Shown here piece by piece: positions 63,216 to 64,000 of a stretch of 64,000 nucleotides of DNA. The position numbers and the translations under genes were made by a program. Source of the stretch: Curvularia clavata (lineage: Eukaryota); NCBI GenBank assembly GCA_023920165.1, contig CP089279.1:1426001-1490000 (forward strand), in the 5' to 3' direction. The notes below the pieces were generated by a model. It had not been told where the DNA came from, ran no database searches, and saw only the letters and a program-made list of their open reading frames with translations. Numbering within the stretch: the first letter of the stretch is position 1; each line of letters opens with the position of its first letter.

Positions 63216-64000
63216 ATGTCCGCCAACTCGCTGAACAAGATCGCGCCCAACAGCCCTTCCAGGCAAAACCCCTCTGAGATCGAGACCAGCATCGCCAGCG
63301 CAAGTCATCCCGTTCAATTGTGGGCACTGGTGGCAGCAGTACTAATATGCCCGACAGGCGTTGACTGACCTCGAGAACAATGTTCCCGACCTGAAGGCTT
63401 CTCTGCGCCCTCTGCAGTTTGTCTCTGCTCGCGAGGTATGAAGAACCCGAACTCGTTCACGATGCGCTCTCGAGCGTCGCCTGCACATACACCCATACCC
63501 TACAAATTCGAAGAGGCGGTGGGCACTGGGCAGCAACAAGAGCTGACACCAGGATTCTTAGATCGAGGTTGGCCACGGACGCAAGGCTATTGTCATCTTC
63601 GTCCCAGTTCCCCTTCTCTCCAACTGGCACAAGGCCCAGCAACGGTATGCTTTCTTGCACGTGCGCTAGTATGGCTCTTACTAACAAGCTACAGCCTCAC
63701 CCGTGAGCTCGAGAAGAAGTTCTCTGACCGCCACGTCCTGATCGTTGCTTCCCGCCGCATTCTCCCCCGCCCCAAGCGTTCCAACCGCTCCCGCACTTCC
63801 CAGACCCAGAAGCGTCCCCAGTCGCGAACTCTCACTGCTGTCCACGACGCTATCCTGACCGACCTCGTCTACCCCGTCGAGATTGTTGGCAAGCGTCTCC
63901 GCACCCGTGAGGACGGCAGCAAGATCCTCAAGGTCGTTCTCGACGAGAAGGAGCGCGGCGGTGTTGACTACAGGCTCGACACCTACAGCGAGGTCTACAA
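63216..64000 (+). CDS. RPS7: 40S ribosomal protein S7 (eS7), 3' end lies outside the window
   Basis: [95 protein letters not shown]; introns 63300-63357 (GC-AG), 63436-63560 and about 63645-63693. Confidence 0.97.

Noticed and set aside
63436..63560. Possible box C/D snoRNA in RPS7 intron 2 (ATGAAGA..CTGA)
   Set aside because: The C-like box overlaps the splice donor and the CTGA is the branch point; no terminal stem or rRNA guide recognised.

Overview
Eukaryotic, intron-containing DNA from a filamentous ascomycete (gene content, short GT-AG introns with CTRAY branch points and protein sequences fit Dothideomycetes, probably Pleosporales; taxonomy is inference). The window is mostly gene-dense housekeeping sequence with about 21 protein-coding genes, in order: an RS/SP-repeat protein (partial, missed by the ORF track), SF3B2/Cus1, an aldo-keto reductase, a plasma-membrane H+-ATPase, an F-box-like orphan, Ctf4/SepB, a DHA1 MFS transporter, EMC7, an LtrA-family membrane protein, an Nha1-type Na+/H+ antiporter, the complex I 78-kDa subunit, delta-12 desaturase, a Nudix hydrolase, Ade16/17, Chz1, NADH glutamate synthase Glt1, Yme2, Adk1, a Bet1-like SNARE, a MARVEL protein, an X-intrinsic aquaporin and RPS7 (partial). 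Exon boundaries were read by hand. I found no tRNA, rRNA, intact transposon or CRISPR array, and I cannot demonstrate a new biological system. The best leads are: (i) RPS7, with a GC-AG first intron and a sequence element shared by introns 1 and 2 just upstream of both branch points; (ii) a roughly 420-nt 5'UTR intron of GLT1 that holds the leader's upstream AUGs; (iii) a degenerate block at 11-15.7 kb with relics of a CBM1 (possibly CBM1-GH5) gene and a patatin-like gene; (iv) a possible pH/cation-homeostasis neighbourhood (PMA with PacC-type sites, His-rich LtrA protein, Nha1); (v) a fungal XIP aquaporin.
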